Of a stretch of 64,000 bases of DNA, positions 38,644 through 47,378 are shown piece after piece. Source of the stretch: an uncultured Candidatus Saccharibacteria bacterium (GTDB lineage Bacteria; Patescibacteriota; Minisyncoccia; Phycocordibacterales; UBA9973). The stretch spans positions 14,625 through 78,624 of the forward strand of contig CAZQAW010000001.1 in NCBI GenBank assembly GCA_964591445.1, written 5' to 3'. Position 1 is the first letter of the stretch. Every line of letters begins with the position of its first letter. The notes under the pieces are model-generated. The model was given only the letters and a program-made list of their open reading frames with translations, did no database searches and was not told where the DNA came from. A program made the position numbers and the translations under genes.

Positions 38644-39895
38644 GTGATAATTCGTTCATTAATTCGGCAGCAGTTACAAAGCGGCCTTTTTCTTCCGTGC
38701 GTTTTTTGATTTCCACTCCGCCTTCTTTAATGCTTCGTTCTGAAACAACAACGCGATACGGAATGCCGATCAAATCTGAATCTGCAAATTTTTCTCCAGC
38801 GCTCATGTCTTCTCTGTCATCAAAAAGCACTTCGATATTCGCAGTATTCAAGCGTTCATACAAAGCTTGAGCTTCTTTCTTTACCTCGGCGCTCACACCA
38901 AGCGCAAGCACATGCACCTTGAAAGGCGCAACCGCCTCCGGCCAAATGATTCCTTTGTCGTCTGAAAAAATTTCTACAATAACTCCCATTGTTCGACTTA
39001 CGCCGATGCCGTAACAGCCTGAAATGATGGATTTCTTTTCTCCATTTTCGTCTGTGTAATACACTCCGAGCGCGTCTGTATATTTGCTTTCAAGCGGGAA
39101 AATATTTCCGACTTCGATAGCGCGTTTTTCAACAAGCTTTGATTTATCAAGACCGAGCTTTTCCAAGTTTTCATCTGTATAAATTTCTTTGTTAACGGCA
39201 ATATTCTTTTCTTCATCAAGATAAATAATATCTTCACCGATACCAGAGAGTGCCTGGAATTCATCGCTGAATTTTTTTGTAAAAATACCGCCGTCTGCGT
39301 ATGTTCGGTATGTAATGTGTCCGATTCCGAGTCTTTTGTACACTTCAAAATAAGCCGCTGCGGTTTTTTCATAAATCGCGTTATGCTCTTCTTCTGACTT
39401 TGCAAAAGAGTACATGTCTTTCATGATGAATTCACGTCCACGCAAAAGACCTGACTTTGCTCGAAGTTCATTTCGGAATTTATTTTGAATTTGATACACA
39501 GAAAAAGGAAGGTCGCGATATGAATTCACGTATTCTGAAATTGCATCAACGATAGGCTCTTCGTGTGTTAAGCCCACACCAAGCTCTTCTCCGCTTTTTA
39601 GTTTTGTCTTGAACCAGTTGTCTACTTTTGCATCATCCCATCGATCTGTCTTTTCCCAAATGTCGCGAGGTTGAAGAATAGTCATGTACAATTCCTGCCC
39701 ACCAATTTTATTCATCTCTTCGCGAATAATATTCTTGATCTTTTCAAGCACGCGCACTCCAAGTGGTAAGTACGCATACACCCCTGCCATTTCCTTGTGG
39801 ATAAAACCTGCACGGATCAAAAGCTCGGCATTCTTGGCGATTTCGTCCGCAGGTGCTTCCTTTTTGGTCTTTGTAAACAATCTAGATTGCAACAT
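38633..39895 (-). CDS. proS: Prolyl-tRNA synthetase (short, no INS editing domain)
   Basis: 'THEE', 'KFRNELR..SGLLRGREF.MKD' and 'GCYGIGVSR' motifs; 420 aa. Confidence 0.92.
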   Translation of the reverse strand: MLQSRLFTKTKKEAPADEIAKNAELLIRAGFIHKEMAGVYAYLPLGVRVLEKIKNIIREEMNKIGGQELYMTILQPRDIWEKTDRWDDAKVDNWFKTKLKSGEELGVGLTHEEPIVDAISEYVNSYRDLPFSVYQIQNKFRNELRAKSGLLRGREFIMKDMYSFAKSEEEHNAIYEKTAAAYFEVYKRLGIGHITYRTYADGGIFTKKFSDEFQALSGIGEDIIYLDEEKNIAVNKEIYTDENLEKLGLDKSKLVEKRAIEVGNIFPLESKYTDALGVYYTDENGEKKSIISGCYGIGVSRTMGVIVEIFSDDKGIIWPEAVAPFKVHVLALGVSAEVKKEAQALYERLNTANIEVLFDDREDMSAGEKFADSDLIGIPYRVVVSERSIKEGGVEIKKRTEEKGRFVTAAELMNELSHAG

Positions 39896-39996
39896 ATATG
39901 CTTATAGTACAGGAAAAAGTGCCTCTCAGCAAACGAAAAATCAAGCAACAAAAAAACCCAACTTTACAAAGTTGGGTTTTTAAATGTAAACAAATT

Positions 39997-40170
39997 TTAG
40001 CTGAGTTTTCTGGGAGTTATTTTTATATCTTTCCCAACAACAACTTTTTCACCAGTCGCCAATTTTCTCTTAATTTCAATCTTAGGTGTTTCCTTCTTAG
40101 TAATAGTTATTTTTGACTTAGGGGTGATTTTAATTTTTTTAGTAATCTTGATTTTCTTAGTGATTTTCAT
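39997..40170 (-). CDS. 57-aa Lys/Ile/Thr-rich basic protein
   Basis: Not in the ORF track. MKITKKIKITKKIKITPKSKITITKKETPKIEIKRKLATGEKVVVGKDIKITPRKLS*. TTGACA (40222-40227, minus) lies upstream and a terminator (39951-39981) downstream. Confidence 0.6.
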   Translation of the reverse strand: MKITKKIKITKKIKITPKSKITITKKETPKIEIKRKLATGEKVVVGKDIKITPRKLS

Positions 40171-40261
40171 AATAATATGGATTTTTACATTTGCTTAAAT
40201 ATTATCATATTTTTTAATATTTGTCAATATGGCCAAAAAGCCTTATTCCTGCTATTATAAA

Positions 40262-40419
40262 AGCACTTCCACGTGGTCTGACGGTCGTCAGATTTGGCCT
40301 TAAAAAGCCGGGCTGCAATGCCAACTAACGTTGAAGATTCCCTTTCGGAATTATTAATTAATGCAGAGAGATTCTTCTTTGCGAAGGATTTTTTTATTAT
40401 CCTTTTTTACTTTTACGAT
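40262..40419 (+). promoter_or_regulatory. Structured rpsB 5' leader (probable S2 autoregulatory RNA)
   Basis: Extended -10 TGcTATTAT at about 40250, then about 155 nt with hairpins (tctgacg/cgtcaga, gcagaga/tctttgc). rpsB leaders are known autoregulatory elements. Confidence 0.55.
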
Positions 40420-41115
40420 ATGTCAAAGACACAAGAACACATCGATATGATGTTCAAAGCCGGAGCACATTACGGCTATTCGAAGACTCGCCGACACCCG
40501 TCGACAGCTTCACACATTTTTACTACTAAGAACAAGAACGATATCATCGACCTTGAAAAGACAGCAATGTCTTTCGAGTCTGTGCTTGAATTCTTGGCTG
40601 AACTTGGCAAAGGCCAGAAAACAGTGCTTTTCGTCGGCGCAAAGCCGGAAGCAAAGAAAAAGGTTGTCGAAACTGCGACAGCGCTCGATATGCCTTACGT
40701 GGTAGAGCGATGGATCGGTGGAACGATCACAAACTTTGTGGAAATCAAAAAGCGCATCGCGACTCTCGAAGAGCTCCGCGACAAGCGCGAAAAAGGCGAG
40801 CTTGATATGTACACGAAAAAGGAACGCCTTCTCATCGACCAGAAAATCGAAAAGCTTACAAAATACTTCGGCGGTCTCGTACATTTGAAAAAAGCTCCGG
40901 ACGCGCTCTTCATCATCGATGCAAAGCGTGAACACATCGCTCTTACAGAAGCTCAGTCTGCAGGCATCCCGATCATCGCTCTTGCAAACACAGACACAAA
41001 TATCAAAGGCATCGAATTCCCTATTGTTGCAAACGACGGATCACAGTCAAGCATCGCCTTCTTCCTCGAACAGGCAAAAGTTGCCTACGAATCTGGCAAA
41101 ATCACAAAAGCGTAA
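40420..41115 (+). CDS. rpsB: 30S ribosomal protein S2
   Basis: 'AGAHYG', 'RWIGGTITNF', 'DTDT' and 'ANDG' motifs. Start set at ATG 40420. Confidence 0.95.
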   Translation: MSKTQEHIDMMFKAGAHYGYSKTRRHPSTASHIFTTKNKNDIIDLEKTAMSFESVLEFLAELGKGQKTVLFVGAKPEAKKKVVETATALDMPYVVERWIGGTITNFVEIKKRIATLEELRDKREKGELDMYTKKERLLIDQKIEKLTKYFGGLVHLKKAPDALFIIDAKREHIALTEAQSAGIPIIALANTDTNIKGIEFPIVANDGSQSSIAFFLEQAKVAYESGKITKA

Positions 41116-41161
41116 TCTCGTTTTTTTGTTCATTATTACAAAATAATTTTTTATAGTTTTT

Positions 41162-41935
41162 ATGGCTATTACAACAGAGCAAATCAAAGAACTTCGAGAC
41201 GCAACAGGTGTCTCCGTTATGCAGTGTAAGAAAGCATTAGAAGAAGCTGGTGGCGATATGGAAAAAGCGCTTTTGGTTTTGAAAAAGAAATCAAGCGACA
41301 TCGCACTTAAGAAAGCAGACCGCGAAGCAAACGACGGTATCATTGTCGTGCGACAAAACCCGGGCAAAGCGACAGTGGTCGTGCTCAATTCTGAAACAGA
41401 CTTCGTTGCAAAAAATGAAGACTTCACAAACCTTGCAAACGCTCTTGCCGACCTCGCAGTAGCCGAAGGCAAAGACGCTGCAACTGCAAAAGCGGCGGAC
41501 ATGATCAACCCTGTAATCCAAAAAGTTGGAGAAAATATCCAGCTCGGTTCTATCGAAGAAATTACCGCGCCAGTTGTCGGTTCGTATGTACACAGTGGCA
41601 AATCTGCTGCAGTCGTAGCGCTTTCTGGCGGCGATGAAGCTTTGGCAAAAGACGTTGCAATGCATGTTGCAGCGATGAAACCGGAATATGCTACACTAGA
41701 AGATGTCACTTCGGAAATGAAAGAAAAGGTAAAAGACATGTTTACCAAAGAAGTGATGGAATCTGACAAGCCGGAAGAGATCAAAGCAAAGATGCTTGAA
41801 GGAAAGATCGGCACGTACTTGAAAGAACAAGTGCTCGTCGAACAAGCATTCATCAAAAACCCAGACATGACCATCGGCAAGCTTTTGGAAAGCAAAGGCG
41901 CAAAGCTCGAAAAGTTCGCTCGCTACAGCATATAA
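41162..41935 (+). CDS. tsf: Elongation factor Ts
   Basis: 'IKELRDATGVSVMQCKKAL' and 'SETDFVA' motifs. Confidence 0.96.
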   Translation: MAITTEQIKELRDATGVSVMQCKKALEEAGGDMEKALLVLKKKSSDIALKKADREANDGIIVVRQNPGKATVVVLNSETDFVAKNEDFTNLANALADLAVAEGKDAATAKAADMINPVIQKVGENIQLGSIEEITAPVVGSYVHSGKSAAVVALSGGDEALAKDVAMHVAAMKPEYATLEDVTSEMKEKVKDMFTKEVMESDKPEEIKAKMLEGKIGTYLKEQVLVEQAFIKNPDMTIGKLLESKGAKLEKFARYSI

Positions 41936-41947
41936 CGTAGCACCACT

Positions 41948-42355
41948 ATGTGGACACTTATTTTCATCTTCATAGGTTCTCTACTTGCCACGCTCGGAAT
42001 GCTTTTGTTCCGTGTGTGGCAAATACAGAACGGGAAAGTTGCGGTAGACCCCGACGCTCCCGAAAAAATGATCATCCCCGAGATGACCTTTGCATCTTTG
42101 AAAGAAAATGTGCTATATTACGGCAAGCGCGCAGGACATTTGTCTGTTATGGCAGCCATTGCGCTCTGGATCCGTGGTAGCCACGAAGTGACCAAGCATG
42201 CCAAGAAATTGCGCTTGAAGGTCAAGAAGAACGAAGACGGCACCGAAGAAAAAACGCCGATCTCAAGCTTCCTTATAACAGTCTCTGAATACAAGAAACG
42301 CGCCCGCAAGCTACGAGAGAGAATCACAAAAGAAGACAAAGAAGGTTCATTATAA
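41948..42355 (+). CDS. Hypothetical membrane protein
   Basis: 135 aa with an N-terminal TM; operonic with tsf. Confidence 0.65.
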   Translation: MWTLIFIFIGSLLATLGMLLFRVWQIQNGKVAVDPDAPEKMIIPEMTFASLKENVLYYGKRAGHLSVMAAIALWIRGSHEVTKHAKKLRLKVKKNEDGTEEKTPISSFLITVSEYKKRARKLRERITKEDKEGSL

Positions 42356-42362
42356 TAACCAT

Positions 42363-42438
42363 GCCGCTTTAGCTCAGTTGGTAGAGCGCCAATTTTGTAA
42401 ATTGGATGTCGTCAGTTCGAATCTGACAAGCGGCTCCA
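42363..42438 (+). tRNA. tRNA-Thr(TGT)
   Basis: GCCGCTT acceptor stem, CCAAT-TTTGTAA-ATTGG anticodon arm and encoded CCA. Terminator at 42443-42467. Confidence 0.94.
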
Positions 42439-42465
42439 AACTAAAACTCCCCGAAAGGGGAGTTT

Positions 42466-42969
42466 TTAATTAGTGTATTTTTTTATAAATTCTTTTTCAT
42501 CTCTAAGGTTTTTTATAATAAAAACTTTTTTGGTATCTGAATAACTGAGAATTTTTTCAAGTTTTTCTTTACTGCTATAATTCCAAATAAATTTGATTAA
42601 TTTCCAGTTTAATTTTTCGATATTATCCCCACCCATTTCTGGTCGCTGCTTGTTATGAAATTGAATTCTACGTTTTAAAAGTCTATAGAAAATAAGAATT
42701 TTTGAGAAATCAAAATATATAATTGTGTCAGAATTATTCAATCGAATATCAAAAGAGCGAGACTTTGTAAAATCTCCATCAATAATCCATTTTTCATTGA
42801 GCATCATTTCTTCCTGGTGTTTTATAAAAACATCTTGTTTAATTCCCCCTTCTTGAATCCAAAATATTTTATCAAGATGCAAAACAGGAATAGAAAGTTT
42901 CTCACTTAATTTTCTTGAAAGTGTTGTTTTACCGGATGCAGGACAGCCGCAAATTATTATTTTATTCAT
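42466..42969 (-). CDS. FlaR/topology modulation P-loop kinase
   Basis: 'GCPASGKTT', 'HLDKIFW' and 'WIIDG' motifs; AT-rich. Confidence 0.85.
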   Translation of the reverse strand: MNKIIICGCPASGKTTLSRKLSEKLSIPVLHLDKIFWIQEGGIKQDVFIKHQEEMMLNEKWIIDGDFTKSRSFDIRLNNSDTIIYFDFSKILIFYRLLKRRIQFHNKQRPEMGGDNIEKLNWKLIKFIWNYSSKEKLEKILSYSDTKKVFIIKNLRDEKEFIKKYTN

Positions 42970-42976
42970 ATAGATT

Positions 42977-43771
42977 TTATTCCCCAGCAGTTTCGCCAGC
43001 TGGTGGAGTTGTTGGCTCTTCTTCTTTTGGAGTTTCTGATGTTGGTTCGGTCGGCTCTTCGACTTTTTGTTTCTTTGTCGACTTTGTTGTCGTTGGTTTT
43101 ACTTCAACTTTCGGCTTTTCTTCTTCTGGTAAAAGCGTCTTCAATTCTGGGAGATTTTTTTCTATGTCTTCGACGCTTTGGAAGCCGTTGAATGTTTTGC
43201 CATTCATAACAAGCGCTGGAAGCGCGTCGCCAACTTTGTAGATAGACTTGAGGGTTTGTACCGCAGAGATGTCGATATTGTAGTCAAACGAATATACACG
43301 AAGGCCCGGGTATTTCTCGCGGAGTGCGGTAAGCACGTAGCTTTGCTTGTCGCAGTCTTCGCAGTCGTTCGCATTGCCATAGAAGTACAGCACAAACACA
43401 GACGCTTCTTTACAGCGTTCGGTGATGCGCTTCATAAGCAAATAGTCTTTGATTTCAAGAAGCGAATAGTAGCGCTTGAGAGCTGCCACGTCTTCACTGT
43501 CGCCAATGTTTTCTTCGCTCGAGTCGATCTTCTCTCCCAACGAATTGAGTTCTTGAGAAAGATAGGATTCGGTAACGTTCGAACAAGAAGATTCTTCAAG
43601 CAAAGAAAATTGTGTTTCAGAAGAAAGGATGTCGATGGCGATCTTGTCTTGAATAGACTTCAAGTTGTCGATCTTTTTATTATTAAAATAGTTGCTCAAA
43701 TACAGCGCAGTCAAAAAAAGTCCGCAGGTAATAAAGAAAACGAAGATATATTTTGTCCAATTGTTTTTCAT
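42977..43771 (-). CDS. Membrane-anchored thioredoxin-like protein
   Basis: N-terminal TM, 'LYFY....CEDCDKQ.YVL' and 'RVYSFD'; Pro/Glu/Thr-rich tail. Confidence 0.65.
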   Translation of the reverse strand: MKNNWTKYIFVFFITCGLFLTALYLSNYFNNKKIDNLKSIQDKIAIDILSSETQFSLLEESSCSNVTESYLSQELNSLGEKIDSSEENIGDSEDVAALKRYYSLLEIKDYLLMKRITERCKEASVFVLYFYGNANDCEDCDKQSYVLTALREKYPGLRVYSFDYNIDISAVQTLKSIYKVGDALPALVMNGKTFNGFQSVEDIEKNLPELKTLLPEEEKPKVEVKPTTTKSTKKQKVEEPTEPTSETPKEEEPTTPPAGETAGE

Positions 43772-43777
43772 AAAAAA

Positions 43778-45022
43778 TTATCGCCAGCTTGGGGCTTTGC
43801 CGGAAACGGCTTTATACATAGCGTGTATCAACCAGAACGGCGCAATGATGCTATAAATGATCATATACGAAATGACGTGCAATGGAAACTTCGCCTTGCC
43901 TGTCGACATCCGCGTACCGATCAAAATCGCAAGCAGCACGAAGCTGTAAAGGAAAAGAAGGAGGAAGGCTGTTGTGTGCGTGTTGATGAAAAACCAGTCA
44001 AACTGGACGCTTGGTAGAGACCAGTGGAGACCTACTGTGCGTATCTCGACGCTTTTTTCATACATGTTTTTTACAAAAGAAGTCGCAGCTGAACCGAAAA
44101 GAAATACCGCCGCAGAAATAGAGATGATGCCAGACGGAACCGTAAACAAAGAAAACGTTCCGTACTTTGGATTGAAGAGAATTTTGCGATAGTCGACAGT
44201 GTTGCGGATGAATCCGTGGATCCATCGCAAGCGCTGTTTGTAGAGTTTTGGAATCGTGTTCGGAGAAACGGTGTAGACATACGCGTCGTTGCACTGCTCG
44301 ATCTTCATGTGGAATTTCTGCATGCGATACGCGATTTCCATGTCTTCGGTATTGTGCGCTTTGCGGAAAAGGCCGATTGTTTTAAACATTTCTCTTTTGT
44401 AAGTTGAAAATGGCCCCGGCGCTACGTGGATACCGCCATTCAAGCCAAGCATTTTCTTGATATACACTGCCATGTCGTATTCGATCTTTTGGATCGTCTG
44501 GATGATATTTTGCGGGTTGTGAACGATAATCGACGGCGCAACAGCCATGACTTCCGGGTCTTTTTTGAAATACGTAATGATGCGTTTGAGAGCATGCGGG
44601 TCGACAAAAGAGTCCGCGTCCAAACATGTAATCAAATCTGCTTTCGAAAGTTCAATACCCATGTTCATTGCCGTATGTTTGCCGCCATTTTCTTTATGAA
44701 AAGCTTGTATCTGCGGATGAGACGCAAAGGCTTGCATGACATTCCACGTGTTGTCGGTGCTTCCATCGTCAATCAAAAAGATTTCCAATTTGTCTTTCGG
44801 ATAATCAAGTGCGAGAAGCGACTCGATAGTCTTGTGTATCGTCTTTTCTTCGTTCCAACATGGCACAATGACCGTTACCGTTGGGTATTCAGGAAGTTCG
44901 CCCATTGCACCACTTCGATAGACTATTTTCTTGCGATTCTCCAAAAAAGTAACCAAGAAAAAGACCTGCACGTAAAGTGCAGTAAAGGTAAGCGTATAAG
45001 TAACAATTGTTGAAATATCCAT
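43778..45022 (-). CDS. GT2 processive glycosyltransferase (PgaC/IcaA-like)
   Basis: 'DDGSTD', 'LDADS', 'TED' and 'QRLRW' motifs. Confidence 0.9.
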   Translation of the reverse strand: MDISTIVTYTLTFTALYVQVFFLVTFLENRKKIVYRSGAMGELPEYPTVTVIVPCWNEEKTIHKTIESLLALDYPKDKLEIFLIDDGSTDNTWNVMQAFASHPQIQAFHKENGGKHTAMNMGIELSKADLITCLDADSFVDPHALKRIITYFKKDPEVMAVAPSIIVHNPQNIIQTIQKIEYDMAVYIKKMLGLNGGIHVAPGPFSTYKREMFKTIGLFRKAHNTEDMEIAYRMQKFHMKIEQCNDAYVYTVSPNTIPKLYKQRLRWIHGFIRNTVDYRKILFNPKYGTFSLFTVPSGIISISAAVFLFGSAATSFVKNMYEKSVEIRTVGLHWSLPSVQFDWFFINTHTTAFLLLFLYSFVLLAILIGTRMSTGKAKFPLHVISYMIIYSIIAPFWLIHAMYKAVSGKAPSWR

Positions 45023-45117
45023 ATTTTACAAGGCTTTTCTAGCGTTTCTGAAGTGCTCTCAGTATACCATTTTTAGACCTTTTTTTCAAGAATGTGTTCC
45101 TGTGGTATACTTTGAAC

Positions 45118-45819
45118 ATGAAAACAGAAAAAATAAGCACTGGAACGGGAATCATTGTGGCGGGTATTTTTATTGCCGCGGCGATATTCTTTTCTCGAGG
45201 AGGAGCTGCTCCACAAGTCGCAAGCACTACGACCAAAATCACTGTGCCGACATATACCGTTAAAGCTGAAGCAAGCGGAGACCACTATATCGGCAAAGCT
45301 GACGCGCCGATTGTGATTACAGAATATTCTGACCTCGAATGTCCATTTTGTAAACAAGCACACCCAACTGTGCACAAAGTTCTCGAAGCTTACAAAGATG
45401 AAGTCGGTGTCGAGTACGTCCACTTCCCTCTTTCTATCCACCCGAAAGCACAAAAAGAAGCTGAAGCCGCGGAATGCGTATACAAACTTGGCGGCAACGT
45501 TGCGTTCTGGAGTTTTATCGACACGATCTTCGCAATCACTCCGGCAAACAATGGTTTGGACGCAGCACTCCTTCCTGAAGTTGCGAAAAAAGTCGGCGTG
45601 AATGAAAAGCAATTTATGACATGTCTTGATTCCGGAGAAATGGCAGACAAAGTAGCAATCGACCAAGCTCGCGGAACAGCAAATGGCGTGAAAGGTACAC
45701 CGCAGTTTGTCATCACGTCTCGAGCAACAGGCAAATCCATCACTATCCCGGGTGCAATTCCATTTGAGCAATTTAAACTAAAAATCGAAGAAGTACTGAG
45801 TGGAGGTGGGCAAGTATAA
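45118..45819 (+). CDS. DsbA family oxidoreductase
   Basis: 'EYSDLECPFC', 'HFPL..H' and 'GTP' motifs. Confidence 0.9.
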   Translation: MKTEKISTGTGIIVAGIFIAAAIFFSRGGAAPQVASTTTKITVPTYTVKAEASGDHYIGKADAPIVITEYSDLECPFCKQAHPTVHKVLEAYKDEVGVEYVHFPLSIHPKAQKEAEAAECVYKLGGNVAFWSFIDTIFAITPANNGLDAALLPEVAKKVGVNEKQFMTCLDSGEMADKVAIDQARGTANGVKGTPQFVITSRATGKSITIPGAIPFEQFKLKIEEVLSGGGQV

Positions 45820-45861
45820 AACACTAAAAAAATCCCCTTTCAGGGATTTTTTTAGTGTTTT
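45818..45861. terminator. Long terminator hairpin
   Basis: aaaacactaaaaaaatccc / gggatttttttagtgtttt inverted repeat. Confidence 0.75.
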
Positions 45862-45864
45862 GTT

Positions 45865-45902
45865 AACTTTACTTGACTAAAGTACTTTAGTTTGCTAAAG
45901 TA
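45865..45902. promoter_or_regulatory. Tandem ACTTTA-N6-TAAAGT operators overlapping the promoter
   Basis: AACTTTActtgacTAAAGTA (45865-45884) and TACTTTAgtttgcTAAAGTA (45883-45902). They contain TTGACT (-35) and TAAAGT (-10). Confidence 0.75.
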
Positions 45903-45908
45903 GCTTAT

Positions 45909-46241
45909 ATGGAAGTTAATTGGAAGACAAAAGAAAACATGCAACTTGTGGAAGCCTTGCTTTCACTTAAAAATCCTGAAGAATCAAGGCTTTTTCTGCG
46001 CGACCTTATGACTAAAGGAGAAATCGAAGAATTTGCACGTAGACTGGAAGCCGCTCGTCTACTTTCAAAAGACACTCAGTATTCTGCAATTATAGAAAAA
46101 ACGGGATTGTCTTCAACAACAGTAGCTCGTATTTCAAAGTGGCTCAAAGGCTCACTTGGAGGTTACAAACTTGTACTTAATCGCATGCATCATACCCATT
46201 CTCGCACTCAAACTGGGAAAGGGTTGTCTTTGCATACATAA
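45909..46241 (+). CDS. YerC/YecD (TrpR-like, HisR) repressor
   Basis: 'FLRDLMT..EI.EFA.R', 'SSTTVARI' and 'GGY' motifs; His-rich C-terminal tail. Confidence 0.88.
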   Translation: MEVNWKTKENMQLVEALLSLKNPEESRLFLRDLMTKGEIEEFARRLEAARLLSKDTQYSAIIEKTGLSSTTVARISKWLKGSLGGYKLVLNRMHHTHSRTQTGKGLSLHT

Positions 46242-46286
46242 GTTATACCGAAGCTAACCCCTTCCTCGTTTGAGTGAAGGGGTTTT
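46205..46286 (+). promoter_or_regulatory. Putative attenuator (antiterminator/terminator)
   Basis: Mutually exclusive pairings: 46205-46225 with 46256-46276, versus the terminator stem 46256-46264 / 46276-46284. Confidence 0.6.
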
Positions 46287-46465
46287 GCGTTTATGTCCCA
46301 AAACAGGCGTTTGTACTTTAAAAAAAATAAATAATGGGAAAAGAATTCAATTGTTATTCTTTGGGAGGAGAAGGTCCTCATATGTAAAAAAGATTCCCAG
46401 GTAGGCTGAGATAAATTCAGCCTACCTATTTATGTACACTCAAAACAATCTAAAATATTTTTAAA

Positions 46466-47344
46466 ATGCAACACAAAACAACAACCATTATGCAATGGCT
46501 TCGCGAACGAAGTAAAACAGTCCGACCAAATAATCTTAGAATAAACGATTGGGTGGATGAATATATAGACAAATGTGTACTGACAGGAAAACCGGTAGAG
46601 ATACTTACCCAGTATTGTCTTTCAAAAGACCTAGAGAAACGATTCTCTGCTCAAGGAAATACTTTTATTGCTCTTAAACCTGAGGAGAAAATGTTTAAAA
46701 AAACAGTCCCTTCAATTATTGAAAAGTTCAAGCAAAACACTATCTCCGTAAATTGGTATATCACCTTTCATAATTCTTTTTTAGATCGTGGAAGGATTTC
46801 TGAACATATGAGTATCTCTTATATTAATATGATTCAGAACCTAGTAAGCAATGAAGAATTATTATTACTTAATTGGGAAAAAGATGTTCTTGGAAAAAGA
46901 CCGGGGGCAGCCAAAGAAGTTTTAAAAAATTTCAAAGATATGGTTTCTGAAGAGGCGTTTGAACTGGACATACACAACCTTCTGGAACGGGTGAAGCAAT
47001 ATGGAGATTTTACAAAAACAGAAGAACAACTTCGAGAAGAAGCGATGTTTAAAATCGCCTGTGAGGCCGAAGAAGGAAGATATATATTTAGTTCTGAATC
47101 AATTTTCTCAAATGGTGATATTCTTATTACACCTCTTGAGTTTCCGGAAAGACTAACCTTTTTTGAAATACTCACACCTGGTTTTCAAAAAAGGATTGTA
47201 CCAATTCTACCCCTTTACCCATGGAGACTGGACTCAAGCGAACTTATATACAGAGAAAGCTACATAGACACAAGCACTTTCAAAGGTAGTCCTGATCGAA
47301 CTTACACAAAAAGAAAGAGTGGGTATTCAAGAGCAGATTGGTAA
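46466..47344 (+). CDS. Uncharacterised AT-rich enzyme-like protein
   Basis: 292-aa soluble ORF with no motif recognised with confidence. Confidence 0.65.
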   Translation: MQHKTTTIMQWLRERSKTVRPNNLRINDWVDEYIDKCVLTGKPVEILTQYCLSKDLEKRFSAQGNTFIALKPEEKMFKKTVPSIIEKFKQNTISVNWYITFHNSFLDRGRISEHMSISYINMIQNLVSNEELLLLNWEKDVLGKRPGAAKEVLKNFKDMVSEEAFELDIHNLLERVKQYGDFTKTEEQLREEAMFKIACEAEEGRYIFSSESIFSNGDILITPLEFPERLTFFEILTPGFQKRIVPILPLYPWRLDSSELIYRESYIDTSTFKGSPDRTYTKRKSGYSRADW

Positions 47345-47378
47345 ATAAAATGGGATACAATGTTATGTATCCCATTTT

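Noticed and set aside
40294-40419. N-terminal extension of RpsB (and similar extensions of uvrA, lepA, traD-like, tsaC)
   Set aside because: Homology begins at downstream ATGs, and the upstream segments contain promoter or leader elements.
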